A DNA stretch of 64,000 nt from an uncultured Gemmatimonadales bacterium (GTDB lineage: Bacteria > Gemmatimonadota > Gemmatimonadetes > Gemmatimonadales > Gemmatimonadaceae), in assembly GCA_963701965.1 (NCBI GenBank), contig OY969695.1, positions 2,656,001 to 2,720,000 of the forward strand, read 5' to 3'. Positions within the stretch are counted from its first letter, which is position 1, and each line of letters opens with the position of its first letter. Below the pieces are notes generated by a model. That model saw only the letters and a program-made list of their open reading frames with translations, did no database searches and had not been told where the DNA came from. Below, in pieces: positions 1-10,022 of this stretch. Made by a program: the position numbers and the translations under genes.

Positions 1-1276
1 ACCAACGCCCCGCTCGTGGTGAAGAACGTCGTGCTCACGGGGATCTCGGGCGGGGAGTTCGGCGTCCGGGGCCGCATCACGGCCTTCAATGCCATGGACG
101 GCCATGAACTGTGGCGCGGGTACTCGACCGGTCCGGACGCCGAGGTCAAGATCACTGGCGTGCCGAACGCGAACTATCCGTCGATGCAGGGCAAGGATCT
201 CGGTGTCTCGACGTGGCAGGGGGATGAGTGGCAGCGCGGCGGCGGCACGACGTGGGGATGGTACTCCTACGATCCGCAACTCAACCTGTTCTACTACGGC
301 TCGGGCAATCCGGGGACGTGGAACCCCGATCAGCGGCCGGGCGACAACAAGTGGTCGATGTCGATCTGGGCCCGGAACCCGGAGACGGGCGAAGTGAAGT
401 GGGTCTATCAGAATGACCCCGCACGATGCGTGGGACTATGACGGCGTGAACGAGATGATCTTGAGCGACCAGACGATCGGCGGGAAGCCCGTCAAGGCGC
501 TGACGCACTTCGATCGCAACGGGTTCGGCTACACGCTCGATCGGACGAATGGGAAAGTCTTGGTGGCCAACCCCTACGGGCCGACGAACTGGGCGAAGTC
601 GGTCGATCTGACGACGGGACGGCCGGTGGAAGATGCCTCGAAGCGGACGACGGCCAAGGGGAACACGGAAGGGATTTGCCCGGCGGCGATCGGGTTCAAG
701 GATCAGCAGCCGGCGGCGTACTCGCCGAAGACGCAGCTCTTCTACGTGCCGGTGAACAACATCTGCATGGACTACGAGGGCGTGGAAGTGAAGTACGCGG
801 CGGGGCAGCCGTACGTGGGCGCGATCGTGCGGATGTTCCCGGGCCCGGGCGGCAACCGCGGGCGCTTCATCGCCTGGGATCCGCGCCTGGGGAAAGTGAT
901 GTGGGAGGACAAGGAGAATCTCGCGGCCTACGGCGGGGTGCTGACGACTGGCGGCGATCTCGTCTTCTACGGGACGATGGAAGGGTGGTTGAAGGCGGTG
1001 GATCCGAAGACGGGCAAGCTCTTGTGGCAGTACAAGACGCCGTCGGGGATCATCGGGAACCCGATGACGTATGTGGGGCCCGATGGGAAGCAGTACGTGG
1101 CAGTGTTGTCGGGGATCGGCGGGTGGGCCGGGATCGGCGTGGCCGCCGGGATCGGGGCCGAGGATCCGACCGCGGGCCTGGGCGCGCTCGGCGCGTTCGG
1201 GGACGCCGGATCCTTCACGACGCAAGGTGGTGTCCTGACCGTGTTCTCACTCGACGGTCCGGCGATGGCGAAGTAA
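1..1276 (+). CDS. xoxF: Lanthanide-dependent PQQ methanol dehydrogenase XoxF (5'-partial; +1 frameshift at ~411, probably a sequencing error)
   Basis: ORFs 16..441 and 413..1276 join at [17 protein letters not shown]. XoxF-type motifs [18 protein letters not shown] and [22 protein letters not shown] lanthanide-binding Asp (MxaF has DYA). Confidence 0.93.
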
Positions 1277-1315
1277 AAGCAAGAGACAACAAGAAAGCGC
1301 CCGTTGATGGACCAG

Positions 1316-1351
1316 CCGGGTGTCGCGGAGAGCAATCTCCGCGGCACCCGG
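1316..1351 (+). terminator. Strong stem-loop after xoxF (terminator or mRNA stabiliser)
   Basis: ccgggtgtcgcggaga-GCAA-tctccgcggcacccgg: 16-bp stem with one G-U pair and a GNRA loop; no U-tract. Confidence 0.55.
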
Positions 1352-1400
1352 TCTGACATGAAGACTAGATTTCCTGTGAGGACCAGGCTGCGAGGGTTTG

Positions 1401-2243
1401 GTGGATCGAATACTACACACGCTCTCCGTCGCGCTCTTTCTTTCACTCGCCGGCATCGAGGCCGGGGCGCAACAAGCGCAACTATCCGGACCGCTCTTGC
1501 TCCGGGTCTGCGCCGATCCCAACGATCTGCCCGTCTCGAACGACAAGCGCGAGGGCTACGCCAACAAGATCGCCGAGCTCATTGCCAGCGACCTCGGCGC
1601 GCAGGTGACATACACGTGGTGGCCCAGCCGGCGCGGGTACATTCGGAATACGCTGCGCGCTGGGGATTGCGACGTCGTCATCGACGTGCCGGCGCAGTAT
1701 GAGCTGGTCGCGGCCACCAAGCCGTACTACAGATCGGTCTATGTGGCGGTCAGCCGAAAAGACCGCGATCTCCGCATCAGCTCGCTCGACGATCCCCGAC
1801 TCAAGACGCTCAAGGTCGGTGTCAGCGAGATCGGCGACAACTATACGCAGACACCGCCGGCCGACGCGCTCTCCGCGCGCGGGATCTCGAGCAACCTCGT
1901 GTGGTTCACGTCGTTCTACGACCCCGACCATCACCCCGGGGACATCGTGAACGCGGTCGCCGACGGCAAGGTCGACGTCGCGTTCGTGTGGGGGCCGTTC
2001 GCGGGATATTTCGCCAAACAGTCGGCCGCACCGCTCGACATCACCTTGTTACCCGACAGCGACGCCATCACCGGCAAGCAACTGGCATTCACCCAAGCCA
2101 TGGGCGTCCGCCGCAGCGATCGCGAGCTGATGGATAAGCTCAACAATGTCATCGAGCGCCGGAAGACGGACATCGACAAGATCTTGCATGACTACGGCGT
2201 CCCGACGCTGCCGATCACCGCGACGCAGGCCGACCGCAAGTAG
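1401..2243 (+). CDS. xoxJ: XoxJ/MxaJ-family periplasmic binding protein
   Basis: Signal peptide; LRVCADPNDLP, TKPYYRSVY and VDVAFVWGPFAGY motifs; directly follows xoxF. Confidence 0.9.
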   Translation: MDRILHTLSVALFLSLAGIEAGAQQAQLSGPLLLRVCADPNDLPVSNDKREGYANKIAELIASDLGAQVTYTWWPSRRGYIRNTLRAGDCDVVIDVPAQYELVAATKPYYRSVYVAVSRKDRDLRISSLDDPRLKTLKVGVSEIGDNYTQTPPADALSARGISSNLVWFTSFYDPDHHPGDIVNAVADGKVDVAFVWGPFAGYFAKQSAAPLDITLLPDSDAITGKQLAFTQAMGVRRSDRELMDKLNNVIERRKTDIDKILHDYGVPTLPITATQADRK

Positions 2244-2265
2244 TCACCAACTCTCCCCAACGCAT

Positions 2266-2691
2266 ATGCACATTTTTCTTGCCATCCTTTCCTTGGCGCT
2301 CCCGCCCGACAGCCTCGGCGTGAATGCCGTCGTGTACCAGGGCTGGAAAATGTTCGAGGTCTATTGCACGCGCTGCCACGGCGAGGATGCGGTCGGTTCG
2401 AGCTTCGCGCCCGCCCTCAAGAAGTCGGTGGGGCCTGACGGCACCATCGATCACAAGGCCTTCTGGCTGACGGTGACGAATGGCCGCCCGGGCAAGGGTA
2501 TGCCGACGTGGGGCAACCTGCTGTCGCCGGAGCAAAAGGAAGACGTCTGGAATTACCTGCGCGCGCGCGCCGTCGGCCATCTGGCGCCCGGCCGTCCGCA
2601 TCTCATCAAGGGCGCGAACCGGGACTCGACGGCGTTTCCGCCGGCCCAGGGAAACGACACGACGTTCGTTCCGCCGTTCTTGAAGGAGTGA
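2266..2691 (+). CDS. Monoheme cytochrome c, probable XoxG-type electron acceptor
   Basis: CTRCH heme motif, GRPGKGMPTW distal Met, hydrophobic N-terminus, xoxFJ context. Confidence 0.82.
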   Translation: MHIFLAILSLALPPDSLGVNAVVYQGWKMFEVYCTRCHGEDAVGSSFAPALKKSVGPDGTIDHKAFWLTVTNGRPGKGMPTWGNLLSPEQKEDVWNYLRARAVGHLAPGRPHLIKGANRDSTAFPPAQGNDTTFVPPFLKE

Positions 2692-2700
2692 CGCCCGAAC

Positions 2701-3432
2701 ATGCACGGCCACCTGTTCCTCGCGTTGGGCCTCCTCGCGGCCGTCCCGCTGGCCGGCCAACCCATGAGTCGCGAGTCCGTGGCGCGGTTGATCGCCGCCG
2801 CGGGCCCCGACCATGGGCCCGATCTCTCCGGTCGTGACCTGTCGGCCCTCGACCTGTCCGGTCTCAATCTGTCGCGCGCGAAATTGACCCAGGCGACGTT
2901 GAACGGAACGAAGTTCACGCACGACACGATGTTCGCCGCGGATTTGAGCGGCGCCCACGCCCATGGGGCCAACTTCGACGGGGCGGTGCTCGACGTCGCC
3001 GTCATGCGGGGTACGGATCTCACGGGTGCATCGTTTCGGAATGCCAGCATCTACGCGGTCATCATGCTGAACGCCGACTTGAGCGGCGCGGATCTCACGG
3101 GCGCCCGATTGATCGGCGCCATGACTGACACGAAGCTGGTGCGCGCCAAGTTGGTGGACCTCAAGGGCGGCGCGGACATGCGCAATCAACCCATGGGACT
3201 CATGCGCACGGACTTGACCGGCGCCGATCTCACCGGTGCCGATCTCACGGGCGCGAACCTGCAGCACGCCAAGCTGGTCCGCACGAATTTCACCAACGCG
3301 ACGGTCACGCGCGCCGATCTCGCGAACGCCAATGTCAACAGCGCGATCTTCACGGGCGCGAAGGGCCGCGACACGATCGTGGGCTGGAATCGCGCGCTCA
3401 ACACCGACCAGGCCATACTGGATCCTCAATGA
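2701..3432 (+). CDS. Secreted pentapeptide-repeat protein (quinoprotein-cluster associated)
   Basis: Repeated A(D/N)LxG pentapeptides; GADMRNQPMGLMR segment; signal peptide. Confidence 0.88.
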   Translation: MHGHLFLALGLLAAVPLAGQPMSRESVARLIAAAGPDHGPDLSGRDLSALDLSGLNLSRAKLTQATLNGTKFTHDTMFAADLSGAHAHGANFDGAVLDVAVMRGTDLTGASFRNASIYAVIMLNADLSGADLTGARLIGAMTDTKLVRAKLVDLKGGADMRNQPMGLMRTDLTGADLTGADLTGANLQHAKLVRTNFTNATVTRADLANANVNSAIFTGAKGRDTIVGWNRALNTDQAILDPQ

Positions 3433-4373
3433 CCCCTGTCACACGTCTCACGCTCGCCGTACTGCTCACGCCCGCGGTCGCTCATGCCCAGCGGCTATAC
3501 GCCAGCAACGAAGGCGGCAACAGCATCTCGATCGTGGATCTCCGCACGGGGACCATGACGGGCACGTTCCCCGTCGGCAATCGGCCCCGAGGCATGGTGT
3601 TGAGTCCTGACGGCAAGACGGTCTATGTCGCGCTGGGACGGGACAATGCCATCGCCGTGATCGACGTCGCCAAGGACAGCGTCGTCGACAAGATCCCGGC
3701 GAGTGTGGATCCCGAGCAGGTGACGTTGAGTGTCGACGGCAAGACGGCATTCGTCTCGAACGAAGAGACGGCCATGGCGTCGGCGATCGATCTGGCGACG
3801 AAGCAGATCAAATGGACCGTGCCGGTCGGCAAAGAGCCGGAAGGCGTAGGCGTCACTCCGGATGGCACGCGCCTCTACGTGACCGGCGAATCCGACAGCA
3901 GTGTCACGGTGCTCGACGCCAAGACCGGAAAGCGCATCACGCAATTCCGCGTTGGCGCGCGACCGCGGTTCGTCGCGTTCGATCGGACCGGGTCACGCGG
4001 GTACATCACGGCGGAGGCGGGGGGGAAGGTCACGGTCGTCGACGCGCCGGTGAATCGCGTCCTCAAGACGGTCAGCGTCGGGGATTCGACCCGGCCCACC
4101 GGGGTCGTCGTCGCGCCCAATGGCCGGGAGGTGTACTTCGCCAACGGCAAAGCGAATCGCATCTCCGTGTTCAGTCCGGCGGCCATGATGGTCACGGACA
4201 CCATCCCGGTCGGCCAACGGCCCTGGGGCGTCGCATTGTCGCCGGACGGGAATACGCTCTACTCGGCCGACGGCCGATCCAATCAGATCTCGGTGATCGA
4301 CGTCGTCCGCAAGAAGGTGATCCGCACGATCACCGTCGGCGAGCGACCCTACGCCCCGCTGCTGGTTCGCTGA
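3429..4373 (+). CDS. YVTN-type beta-propeller protein (PQQ-catabolism associated)
   Basis: Repeated VGxxPxGv.lspDG..lYV blades; signal peptide; ATGA overlap with the upstream gene. Confidence 0.88.
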   Translation: MTPVTRLTLAVLLTPAVAHAQRLYASNEGGNSISIVDLRTGTMTGTFPVGNRPRGMVLSPDGKTVYVALGRDNAIAVIDVAKDSVVDKIPASVDPEQVTLSVDGKTAFVSNEETAMASAIDLATKQIKWTVPVGKEPEGVGVTPDGTRLYVTGESDSSVTVLDAKTGKRITQFRVGARPRFVAFDRTGSRGYITAEAGGKVTVVDAPVNRVLKTVSVGDSTRPTGVVVAPNGREVYFANGKANRISVFSPAAMMVTDTIPVGQRPWGVALSPDGNTLYSADGRSNQISVIDVVRKKVIRTITVGERPYAPLLVR

Positions 4374-5577
4374 CGGTGAACGCGCCGGCGTCGTAGGCCT
4401 CGGCAAACTCGTCGTAGTTCGCCCGGACGACGTTGCGATAGCGCCGGGCGTAGACGAGCGTCTCGCGGATCCACCACCGCTCGGCGCCAAACGCGAGCCA
4501 GGCGTCGGCGGTCGCCGCGCCCTCGCGGCTGGCGCTCCGCAAGTGGCTCCAGGCGACGACGTGCGCCATGGTGCCCATGATCTCGGGAACCTTGCCCGCG
4601 TTCGCCTTGGTGAGCGCCAGGCGATCGATGGATGGTTGGAGCTCTTTGAGCACGTAGGGCACCCGGCCCATGGCGACCGGGTGCAAGAGCGCCGGCGCGA
4701 TGGCCTCGGCGCGCCGCTGGACGGAGACCACGCGCGCGGCCTGGCTCGGCCATGCCGGCTGCGGCGTGGCGACGTAGGGCGCCAGGGCCGAGGGACGCGC
4801 CTCTTTGAGATCAATGACGAAGTGCCCGTCCGGCGCCCCATGCCCCTGCACCAACACCGCAAACCGCCGGATGCCCAGACTCCCCGTACCCGCGACCCGC
4901 CGGGCGACGTCGAGCACGCGAAAAAAGTCCCCCTGAAACTCCTCGGGGCAATGCTCGCTGGCCGCGAACGCTTTGATGCAGGCCACCACGCCGGCCCGGT
5001 CGGCGCGGGAGACCGGAAGCCGCCGGTCGTCGATCCGGAACGCCCGCCCGGCGCGCCGGCCGACGGTGACGATGTCGAGCAACTCGCGCCGCGTACGTTG
5101 CTTGATGATCCGCAGGAGCTTGCGCACCAGGCCGACCGCCGTCTGCCGCTCGACCCACCGCGCTTTGCCCTCGCGCAACATCGCCGCGTACGAGTCGAGG
5201 AACGTCCGCGCCAACGTTCGCGCCGCGGCATCCTCGACCCCAAAGCTATGCGCCGCCAAATGCAGGCTCGTAATGAAGCGCGTCAACTCCCACGTCGCCG
5301 GCGCCAAACACGCCTCGTCGAAGTCGTTGAGATCGAAATACCCCAGCCGGTTGTCGCCCTTGTATGTCCCGAAGTTCTCGAAATGCAGGTCGCCGCAGAT
5401 CCACGCCGCCGGCGCTCCGTCCAACGCGCCGTCCTTCGGCCAATCCTCGTAAAAGAGGTGGCACGTTCCGCGGAAGAACGCGAAGGGACTCCGCCGCATG
5501 GCCGCATACTTCATAGCCAAACGCTCCGGCTCGCGCCCCGCGTTGAACGCCCGGATCCGCTCGACTACTCCGTCCAC
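4330..5577 (-). CDS. DUF2252-family protein (kinase-like fold)
   Basis: SPFAFFRGT, CGDLHFENFG, FDLNDFDEA and RVAGTGSLG motifs. Confidence 0.85.
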   Translation of the reverse strand: MDGVVERIRAFNAGREPERLAMKYAAMRRSPFAFFRGTCHLFYEDWPKDGALDGAPAAWICGDLHFENFGTYKGDNRLGYFDLNDFDEACLAPATWELTRFITSLHLAAHSFGVEDAAARTLARTFLDSYAAMLREGKARWVERQTAVGLVRKLLRIIKQRTRRELLDIVTVGRRAGRAFRIDDRRLPVSRADRAGVVACIKAFAASEHCPEEFQGDFFRVLDVARRVAGTGSLGIRRFAVLVQGHGAPDGHFVIDLKEARPSALAPYVATPQPAWPSQAARVVSVQRRAEAIAPALLHPVAMGRVPYVLKELQPSIDRLALTKANAGKVPEIMGTMAHVVAWSHLRSASREGAATADAWLAFGAERWWIRETLVYARRYRNVVRANYDEFAEAYDAGAFTVSEPAAGRRVARRR

Positions 5578-6527
5578 ATGCGCGCTCCGACTTGGCTAAA
5601 CGGCCCTTCATAGACGTCGGCCACGTCTTCGGACACGGCGGTCCGTATCCGCGTCACCAGGTCGGCGCCCGCCGCCGGGTCGCCAACTATACCATATACA
5701 GCCGGCCCCCACGAGCTCTGACCCACGCCCGCGGCGCCCCACTCCCGCATCCGCGCGATCAGTGATGCGCCAATGCCCGGGGCGAAAGCGCCGCCCTGCG
5801 CGCTGGCAAACCACCGCCCGGTCGTGAATTGCACTTCGGTGAGGGCCGCGCCAAAGGCCTCGAGATCGCCATCGGCGAGCGCGGGGAGCAACGCCATCAA
5901 CACGAGATGTGCCACATGCTCGACGTCGCGCAGGGGTGGCTCCGGCAGCGACGCAAACGCCGCCACCTCGGCGTCGCCGCTGACGCCTAATGCCGTCCGC
6001 GGGACAATGATCACGCAACGCCAGTCGGGGGGGATCGCCAACCGCGCGATCAACGGCGCGGGCTGGTCCGGCGCGTCCCCCGCGCCCGATCGGCGTCCGC
6101 CCTCCAACACGAATCCGCCATAGGCGAACGTCCACGTCCCCACCGCCGACCGTCGGGCCCGGCCGACGGCGCTGGCCAGCGTCGCAATGTCATGGTCCAA
6201 CTCATAGAGCTCGGCCATGGCGCGCGCGACCGCCAACGCCAGCTGGGTGCCCGACCCGAGGCCATTGTGCGGAGGGATCGCCCGCGCAATGTGCAGGTGC
6301 ACGCCGCACCCCTGCAACCCGTAATGATCAATGAATCGTTGCGCGAACCGCACCGCGCGCTCGGCCTCCGGCCCCTCGGCCGTGAACGCGGCCGACGCTT
6401 CGGCCGAGAGCAGTAGCGAAGGCGCCGGGACGGCGGCGCCGATACCGCCAAACCGGCGCCCCAGCGTCCCCGAAAGATCCAGCATCCCGAAATGCAGCCG
6501 GGCCGGGGCCTCAATGGACACCCTCAC
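5565..6527 (-). CDS. mptG: Beta-RFAP synthase (GHMP kinase family), methanopterin biosynthesis
   Basis: PARLHFG, HNGLGSGTQLALA and GQSSWGP motifs; GTG start overlaps the upstream stop. Confidence 0.9.
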   Translation of the reverse strand: MRVSIEAPARLHFGMLDLSGTLGRRFGGIGAAVPAPSLLLSAEASAAFTAEGPEAERAVRFAQRFIDHYGLQGCGVHLHIARAIPPHNGLGSGTQLALAVARAMAELYELDHDIATLASAVGRARRSAVGTWTFAYGGFVLEGGRRSGAGDAPDQPAPLIARLAIPPDWRCVIIVPRTALGVSGDAEVAAFASLPEPPLRDVEHVAHLVLMALLPALADGDLEAFGAALTEVQFTTGRWFASAQGGAFAPGIGASLIARMREWGAAGVGQSSWGPAVYGIVGDPAAGADLVTRIRTAVSEDVADVYEGPFSQVGARMWTE

Positions 6528-7078
6528 GCCGTGTGGCGCTCCACATAGGCGGCCACCACGGCCCACGCCTCCCGCTCCCGCGGGCCGGCCGTCTTCTCGA
6601 CCAACACCGCCAACGCATCGACCTGTCGCCGCACCTCGTTGTGCGGGATGAGGTGCAACCGGGTGGCCAGGATCGTCGCCTCGAGCACCGCGTGCCGCGC
6701 GCGGTTGAACCCCAGGAACTCGGCGCGCATCCCGCGGTGCACGACCCGCGTCTCGATCCGCGAACGCGGCGGCGTCGCGTCGATCGCCGTCACCTCCAGC
6801 TCGCGCCACGAGCAGGCGGCGGCCAACACGACGCCTGGGACCATCACAGCGGGCACCGTTGCTTCGCTCGCAGTCGCCAGTGCGGCGCGGGCAAAGATGC
6901 GCACGTCGTCCGTGAGATTGACCACGGCCGCGCCGGTCGCGCGCAGGTTCTTGAACGTCGTCGTATCGAGAAACGGCCTCACGACCAGCCGTTCGTCGTC
7001 ATCCCACTCGACGCCCATGGGCGCCACGTTGACGGCTCCCCGCGCGTCGAGCGTGGTGACGATCGTCTCGATGATCAC
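6524..7078 (-). CDS. DUF447-family protein (H4MPT-cluster associated)
   Basis: IIETIVTT, NVAPMGV and GFNRARHAVLEATILATR motifs. Confidence 0.85.
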   Translation of the reverse strand: MIIETIVTTLDARGAVNVAPMGVEWDDDERLVVRPFLDTTTFKNLRATGAAVVNLTDDVRIFARAALATASEATVPAVMVPGVVLAAACSWRELEVTAIDATPPRSRIETRVVHRGMRAEFLGFNRARHAVLEATILATRLHLIPHNEVRRQVDALAVLVEKTAGPREREAWAVVAAYVERHTA

Positions 7079-7935
7079 GACTCGCGCTCGATCTGCACGC
7101 GGGCCTGGTACGCGCCGATCACCGCGGTCGTCACCGGGCCCGGTGCGGTCAGGGAACGCCCATCGAGCGCGTCGACCGGCGTGATCTCGCGCACCGAGCT
7201 GGTCAGAAAAACCTCGTCCGCCGCGGCCAACTCCTCCGCCGAGATGGGCCCATCGCCCAGCGACAACGCCTCGTCCTTCATCGCCCGCAGGAGCTCGAGC
7301 ACCGTCTCCCGCGTGATCCCGGGGAACGCCCCGCAGGACGTCGGCGGCGTCCGCACGACGCCGTCCTTCACCACGAAGATGTTGCTGGAGGTCGCCTCGG
7401 CGACGTGGCCCTCCGTGTCGAGGAACACCGCGTCCTCGGCGCCCGCCTCCGTCGCTTCCATGACGGCCACGATGTTCTCGGTGTAGGAGAGCGTCTTGAT
7501 CCCCGCCGTCATCGAGCGCTCGTTCCGCCGCCCGCTCGCCGTCCGCAGGCTGATCGACATCGGAGGGGTCGACAAGCCCTGCGCCAGGAGAACGACGGTC
7601 GGCTGGCCGACGCCACGCACTACCCCTAGTCCGTGGACTCCGGGCCCGCGCGTCACCGTGAGGCGCACGATCGCATCGAGCGCGCTGGCACGGAGCTCTT
7701 TCTGTGCCTCCGCCAGCATCTCCACCATGTGTGCCGGCCGGGGAAACCCGAGTCGCTCGGCGCCGCGCGACAGCCGGGCCATGTGTGCGTTGAACCGGAA
7801 GATGGCGCCGCTGTAGGCCCGCATCGTCTCGAAGAGACCGTCGGCGAGCGTGAATCCTCGATCGAGCGCCGACACGTGAGGGGCGCCGAGGTCGACGCGC
7901 TTCCCATCGACCCAACAAGCCGGAAGTACCGTCAC
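7075..7935 (-). CDS. pabC: Class IV aminotransferase / 4-amino-4-deoxychorismate lyase
   Basis: DRGFTLADGLFETMR, KTLSY, EATSSNIF and GITR motifs; follows pabB-pabA. Confidence 0.8.
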   Translation of the reverse strand: MTVLPACWVDGKRVDLGAPHVSALDRGFTLADGLFETMRAYSGAIFRFNAHMARLSRGAERLGFPRPAHMVEMLAEAQKELRASALDAIVRLTVTRGPGVHGLGVVRGVGQPTVVLLAQGLSTPPMSISLRTASGRRNERSMTAGIKTLSYTENIVAVMEATEAGAEDAVFLDTEGHVAEATSSNIFVVKDGVVRTPPTSCGAFPGITRETVLELLRAMKDEALSLGDGPISAEELAAADEVFLTSSVREITPVDALDGRSLTAPGPVTTAVIGAYQARVQIERES

Positions 7936-8595
7936 CGCACTAACTCCACCGGTGGTGGGACGAACGCAGGCTCGGCGGGATCGCGGCTACTGAACGCGCC
8001 ATCGGCGCGATCCGGGATGTTGGTGCCCGGATGGCCGTTGAGAAAGGTGGACAGCATCCGGTACCCGAACTCGGTGAGCGCGGATTCAGGATGAAATTGC
8101 ACGCCGACGGTCAGGATGCACGCGGTGCGCCACGGCCATGATCTCGCCGGCCGGAGAGAACGCCGTGACCCGCAACTCCGGGGGCAGCGCGTCAGCCTCA
8201 ATGATCAGCGAGTGGTAACGCGTCGCGCGGAACGGCGACGGCAGGCCGGCGAATACGCTGGTGCCGTCGTGGGTCACGAGGGACACCTTGCCGTGCATTG
8301 GCCGCGTAGCGCGCACAATGCGGCCGCCGTAGGCCTCGCCAATGCATTGGTGACCGAGGCACACGCCGAGGATGGGGATCGTGGGCTCGAACCGTCGGAC
8401 GACATCGGTGGAGATTCCGGCCTCGGCTGGCGTGCAGGGCCCGGGCGACACGATGATGTGTGTGGGCGCCATCGCCGCGATCTCATCGAGCGTGACCGCA
8501 TCGTGCCGGCGGACGACCGCGTCGTGGCCCAGCTCGCGGACGTAGCGCGCCAGGTTGTAGACGAACGAGTCGTAGTTGTCGATGAGTAGGATCAC
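7932..8595 (-). CDS. pabA: Aminodeoxychorismate synthase glutamine amidotransferase subunit (+1 frameshift at ~8112)
   Basis: LLIDNYDSF, SPGPCTP, GVCLGHQ and RYHSL in one frame; GVQFHPES in the next frame. Confidence 0.88.
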
Positions 8596-8608
8596 GGGGA
8601 TGAGCCGA

Positions 8609-10021
8609 TCACGGACGAAGAGCGGCGATCAGCGCGCGGGCCTTGTCGAGTGTTTCCTGATACTCGGCCGCCGGGTCGGAATCGGCGACGATACCACCGC
8701 CCACGGAAAAATACACGCGGTTCCCGAGGGCGAGGTAGGTACGGATGACAATGCTGGTATCGAGGGGACCACTGGCGCTGAGATAACCGATCGAGCCGCA
8801 GTAGACCCCGCGGCGCGAGGGCTCGAGCTCGGCGATGATCTCCATGGCCCGGACCTTGGGCGCACCCGTGATCGAGCCGCCGGGGAAGCTGGCGCGCAAG
8901 AGATCTATCCCGTCGATCTCCGGCGGAAGCTCCCCGACGACGGTTGATACGAGATGATGCACCGTGGGATAGTGCTCCAACAAGAACAGCTCGGGGACGC
9001 GCACGGTGCCGGGCGCGCAGACGCGGGACAAGTCGTTTCGCAGCAAGTCCACGATCATGAGATTTTCGGCGCGGTCCTTCTCGCTCTCGGTGAGCGCGAG
9101 GCCGAGGGCCGCATCGTGCTCCGGGCCGATCCCTCGGGGGCTCGTGCCCTTGATCGGACGTGTCTCGACCGCGCGGTCGGCCGAGACCCGCAGAAAGCGT
9201 TCCGGGGACGCACTGATCACCGCGAAGTCGCCCAAGTCCAAGTACGCCGCGAACGGCGCCGGGTTGATGGTGCGCAGGCGGCGATACAGCGCCCAGGGCG
9301 ATTCGTCGAGGGGCGCCTCCAAGCGCTGGGAGAGGTTGGCCTGGAAGATGTCGCCGGCCACGATGTACTCCCGTACGCGCTCCACCGCGGCGAGATACGC
9401 GTCGCGCGTGAAGCTCGATCGCAGCGCGATGTCCCCGGCCGCCTCCGGCGGCACGGGATACGACGGCGCGCTCTCTCGGGCGCTCTCGCGGCCGCGTACG
9501 TCTGATGACGCGAGCGGCGCGGTCGGTGGCGGATCGCTGCGGCTCGTGCCGCGCGCGATGGCGCGCGCATCGCGCAGCCGCGCCGCGGCGCGCGCCGCGT
9601 CGCCAATGACAATGATCCAGGCCCGTCCCAACTGGTGGTCCCAGGCGATGACCCAGTCATAGATGCCGAGCACGACATCGGGGATCGCCAGATCATCGTA
9701 TCGCGGAACGGGAAGCCGCTCCAGAACGGCGCCGTAGTCATATCCAATGTATCCCGCGGCACCGCCTTGAAACGGCGGCAGGTCCGGGATGACGTCAGCG
9801 CGATACGGCAGCAGCGCGTCTCGTGCCGCGGCCAGGGCGTCGGTCCGCGAGCCCTTGCCCTGTATCACCGTGACCGGATCGGCGACGACGAACGAGTAGC
9901 GGCCCAGTCGTTGCGGATCGCTGGCGCTGTCGAGGAGAATGCGGTACGGCAGCCCCGCGGTGCGCTCGAACGTCGCCAGCACGTCGGGCGCGGGAATGAT
10001 TTCCTCCACGAGCGGCCGCAC
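8609..10021 (-). CDS. pabB: Aminodeoxychorismate synthase component I
   Basis: PFQGGAAGYIGYD, SPERFL, TRPIKGT, AENLMIVDLLRND and FPGGSITGAPK motifs. Confidence 0.9.
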   Translation of the reverse strand: MRPLVEEIIPAPDVLATFERTAGLPYRILLDSASDPQRLGRYSFVVADPVTVIQGKGSRTDALAAARDALLPYRADVIPDLPPFQGGAAGYIGYDYGAVLERLPVPRYDDLAIPDVVLGIYDWVIAWDHQLGRAWIIVIGDAARAAARLRDARAIARGTSRSDPPPTAPLASSDVRGRESARESAPSYPVPPEAAGDIALRSSFTRDAYLAAVERVREYIVAGDIFQANLSQRLEAPLDESPWALYRRLRTINPAPFAAYLDLGDFAVISASPERFLRVSADRAVETRPIKGTSPRGIGPEHDAALGLALTESEKDRAENLMIVDLLRNDLSRVCAPGTVRVPELFLLEHYPTVHHLVSTVVGELPPEIDGIDLLRASFPGGSITGAPKVRAMEIIAELEPSRRGVYCGSIGYLSASGPLDTSIVIRTYLALGNRVYFSVGGGIVADSDPAAEYQETLDKARALIAALRP

Positions 10022-10022
10022 G

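Noticed and set aside
1..1276. Calcium-dependent MxaF, or a pseudogenised dehydrogenase
   Set aside because: The DYD motif indicates a lanthanide-type enzyme, no mxaI follows, and the frameshift matches the recurrent AGAATG error.
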